Shown piece by piece: positions 15,953 to 17,173 of a stretch of 17,173 nt of DNA. Numbering within the stretch: position 1 is the stretch's first letter; the number at the start of each line of letters is the position of its first letter. This DNA comes from a bacterium. Its GTDB lineage: Bacteria; DUMJ01. The notes below the pieces were generated by a model. That model worked only from the letters and a program-made list of their open reading frames with translations. It had not been told where the DNA came from and searched no databases. Location: the NCBI GenBank assembly GCA_049970495.1, contig JBMFMV010000041.1, positions 1 to 17,173 of the forward strand, written 5' to 3'. The translations under genes were made by a program, and so were the position numbers.

Positions 15953-16729
15953 TTATAATCTCCTTAAATGAAATCCTCCATCTACATTTATAACTTCTCC
16001 TGTAGAATATGCCAGTTTCCCTGAGCAGAGCACAGAAACAGCATTTGCTACGTCCTGAGGATATCCCCACCTTTTTATAAGTGTAATCCCCTCAGCAATT
16101 AGCTTGTCATATTTTTCTTTTACTGTACTGGTCATATCGGTAAGGATAATTCCAGGTCTAATCTCATATACGTATATCCCATAACTGGCAAGTCTATCTG
16201 CAAATAGTTTTGTCAACATACTTACTCCAGCCTTAGATATACAGTATTCACCTCTATTAGTGGAAGATGTATAAGCAGATATAGATGATATATTTATAAT
16301 GATTGGAGATACGTTAGTCCCGGATTCGACAAGTTTTATCATCTCTTTTGCTACTAACTGTGTCAAAAATAGAGTCCCTTTTAAGTTTATCCCAATTACA
16401 AAATCAAAGCTATCCTCAGTCATCTCTAGAATATCCTTACGTTCTTTTGGGGCAACACCAGCATTATTTATAAGTATGTCAATCCTCCCAAACTCTTTGA
16501 TTACAGTCTCTACCAATTTTTGCCTATCATTTGCATCTGCTAGATTCCCCTGAACGTATAAAAATGGGACATTATAACTCTTAACCGCCTCTAGATTCTC
16601 TTTTACATTTTCAGGTGGGATAATATCAAAGATAACAACTGCACACCCATCTTTTGCTAGTTGCTGAGCAATAGCATTTCCGATTCCTCTTGCCCCACCG
16701 GTCACTATAGCAGTCCTTCTATCTATCAT
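15953..16729 (-). CDS. Classical short-chain dehydrogenase/reductase (subfamily usually annotated 3-ketoacyl-ACP reductase; more likely a sugar/keto-sugar reductase)
   Basis: VTGGARGIG, NNAGVAPKERKDILE, NISSIS, RGEYCISK (YxxxK), EIRPGII, VDGGFHLRRL; Asp after beta-2 (VIFD) suggests NAD(H); RBS AGGAGGT at 16736-16742. Confidence 0.93.
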   Translation of the reverse strand: MIDRRTAIVTGGARGIGNAIAQQLAKDGCAVVIFDIIPPENVKENLEAVKSYNVPFLYVQGNLADANDRQKLVETVIKEFGRIDILINNAGVAPKERKDILEMTEDSFDFVIGINLKGTLFLTQLVAKEMIKLVESGTNVSPIIINISSISAYTSSTNRGEYCISKAGVSMLTKLFADRLASYGIYVYEIRPGIILTDMTSTVKEKYDKLIAEGITLIKRWGYPQDVANAVSVLCSGKLAYSTGEVINVDGGFHLRRL

Positions 16730-16764
16730 CTATCTACCTCCTAGTTCCATGTATTTTGTTTATT

Positions 16765-16770
16765 ATTATA
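16765..16770 (-). promoter_or_regulatory. Probable -10 box of the SDR operon promoter
   Basis: Minus strand TATAAT 36 nt upstream of the SDR start; -35 region is poor (ATGTAA/TATGTA). Confidence 0.35.
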
Positions 16771-16948
16771 CAGTGTTTTGATATTTTTACATAGTAGTTT
16801 ACTTTAGGTTTATTATGCCCTCAGAAAAACTACTAGAGATATGAATATTCTTGGTAGCGACAGGTACCTAATAATATATTTAAAATTTATGTTTTATAAT
16901 CTAAAGAAAGATAAGAGTATAATTTGAATACCAAAGGGTTAATCAAGG

Positions 16949-17173
16949 ATGCTTGATATAAGAAAGATTGACGAAAGTCTAGCTCCTATATTAAAAGATT
17001 TTGAAACTTTTATTGATTATCTTCAGAATAATAAAGTCAAGTTAACTTCAAAAGAAAATTGGCTTCCTCCTGGAGTCCTGTATGAATTGAATAATAAGAT
17101 GACTAGTTATGTTACACCAAATACGACTCTAAGGACTCCGTAGAAATACTATGTGCTGTTAAATTTTCTCTAC
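16949..17173 (+). pseudogene. 5' part of a longer gene interrupted by in-frame TAG at 17141-17143; N-terminus resembles pRiA4b ORF-3-like (IS1096 passenger TnpR-type) proteins
   Basis: ILKDFETFIDYLQNNKVKLT...LP...LYELN...RTP*KYYVLLNFLY; the frame stays open and protein-like after the TAG up to the window end. Family resemblance is recalled, not searched. Confidence 0.5.

Noticed and set aside
15939..16070. 44-codon N-terminal extension of the flavoprotein, including a CCFC motif
   Set aside because: It overlaps the SDR gene in another frame; a strong RBS precedes ATG 15938, so the cysteines are not a real metal site.
11775..16553. ORFs at 11775-11987 (-), 13307-13510 (-), 15310-15555 (+) and 16299-16553 (+)
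   Set aside because: Nested within or antisense to confident genes; no independent coding evidence.
15953..16729. Calling the SDR fabG
   Set aside because: No fab/acp genes nearby, an NAD-type Asp after beta-2, and subfamily-specific motifs (NNAGVAP, RGEYCISK) that differ from FabG.
1..17173. CRISPR array, tRNA, rRNA or riboswitch
   Set aside because: All intergenic gaps are under about 220 nt and show no spaced repeats or recognisable RNA structure by eye; no covariance search was run.

Overview
Bacterial chromosomal window, AT-rich, with strong AGA/AGG and ATA codon use (thermophile-like; taxon not assignable from sequence alone). Left to right: (i) the 3' end of an integrase-core (IS481/IS3-like) insertion sequence whose transposase has no stop codon and runs in frame into an aldo/keto reductase gene; (ii) a tightly overlapping housekeeping/DNA-processing operon, rplS-lepB-rnhB-yraN-comM(yifB)-dprA-topA-trmFO-xerC, followed by a GalE-like epimerase; (iii) a convergent secreted zinc phospholipase C/P1-nuclease-fold gene overlapping the epimerase by 180 nt; (iv) a divergent carbon-nitrogen hydrolase; (v) a 30-bp GTAG-type REP-like palindrome whose arms supply the stop codons of both flanking convergent genes; (vi) a minus-strand three-gene redox operon (SDR, an atypical Sdh/Frd-superfamily flavoprotein without partner subunits, and a Gfo/Idh/MocA oxidoreductase) of unknown pathway; (vii) the start of a gene apparently interrupted by an in-frame TAG. 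The best candidates for undescribed biology are the redox operon, the IS read-through fusion and the stop-codon-donating palindrome. All family calls come from motif recognition; no database search was run.
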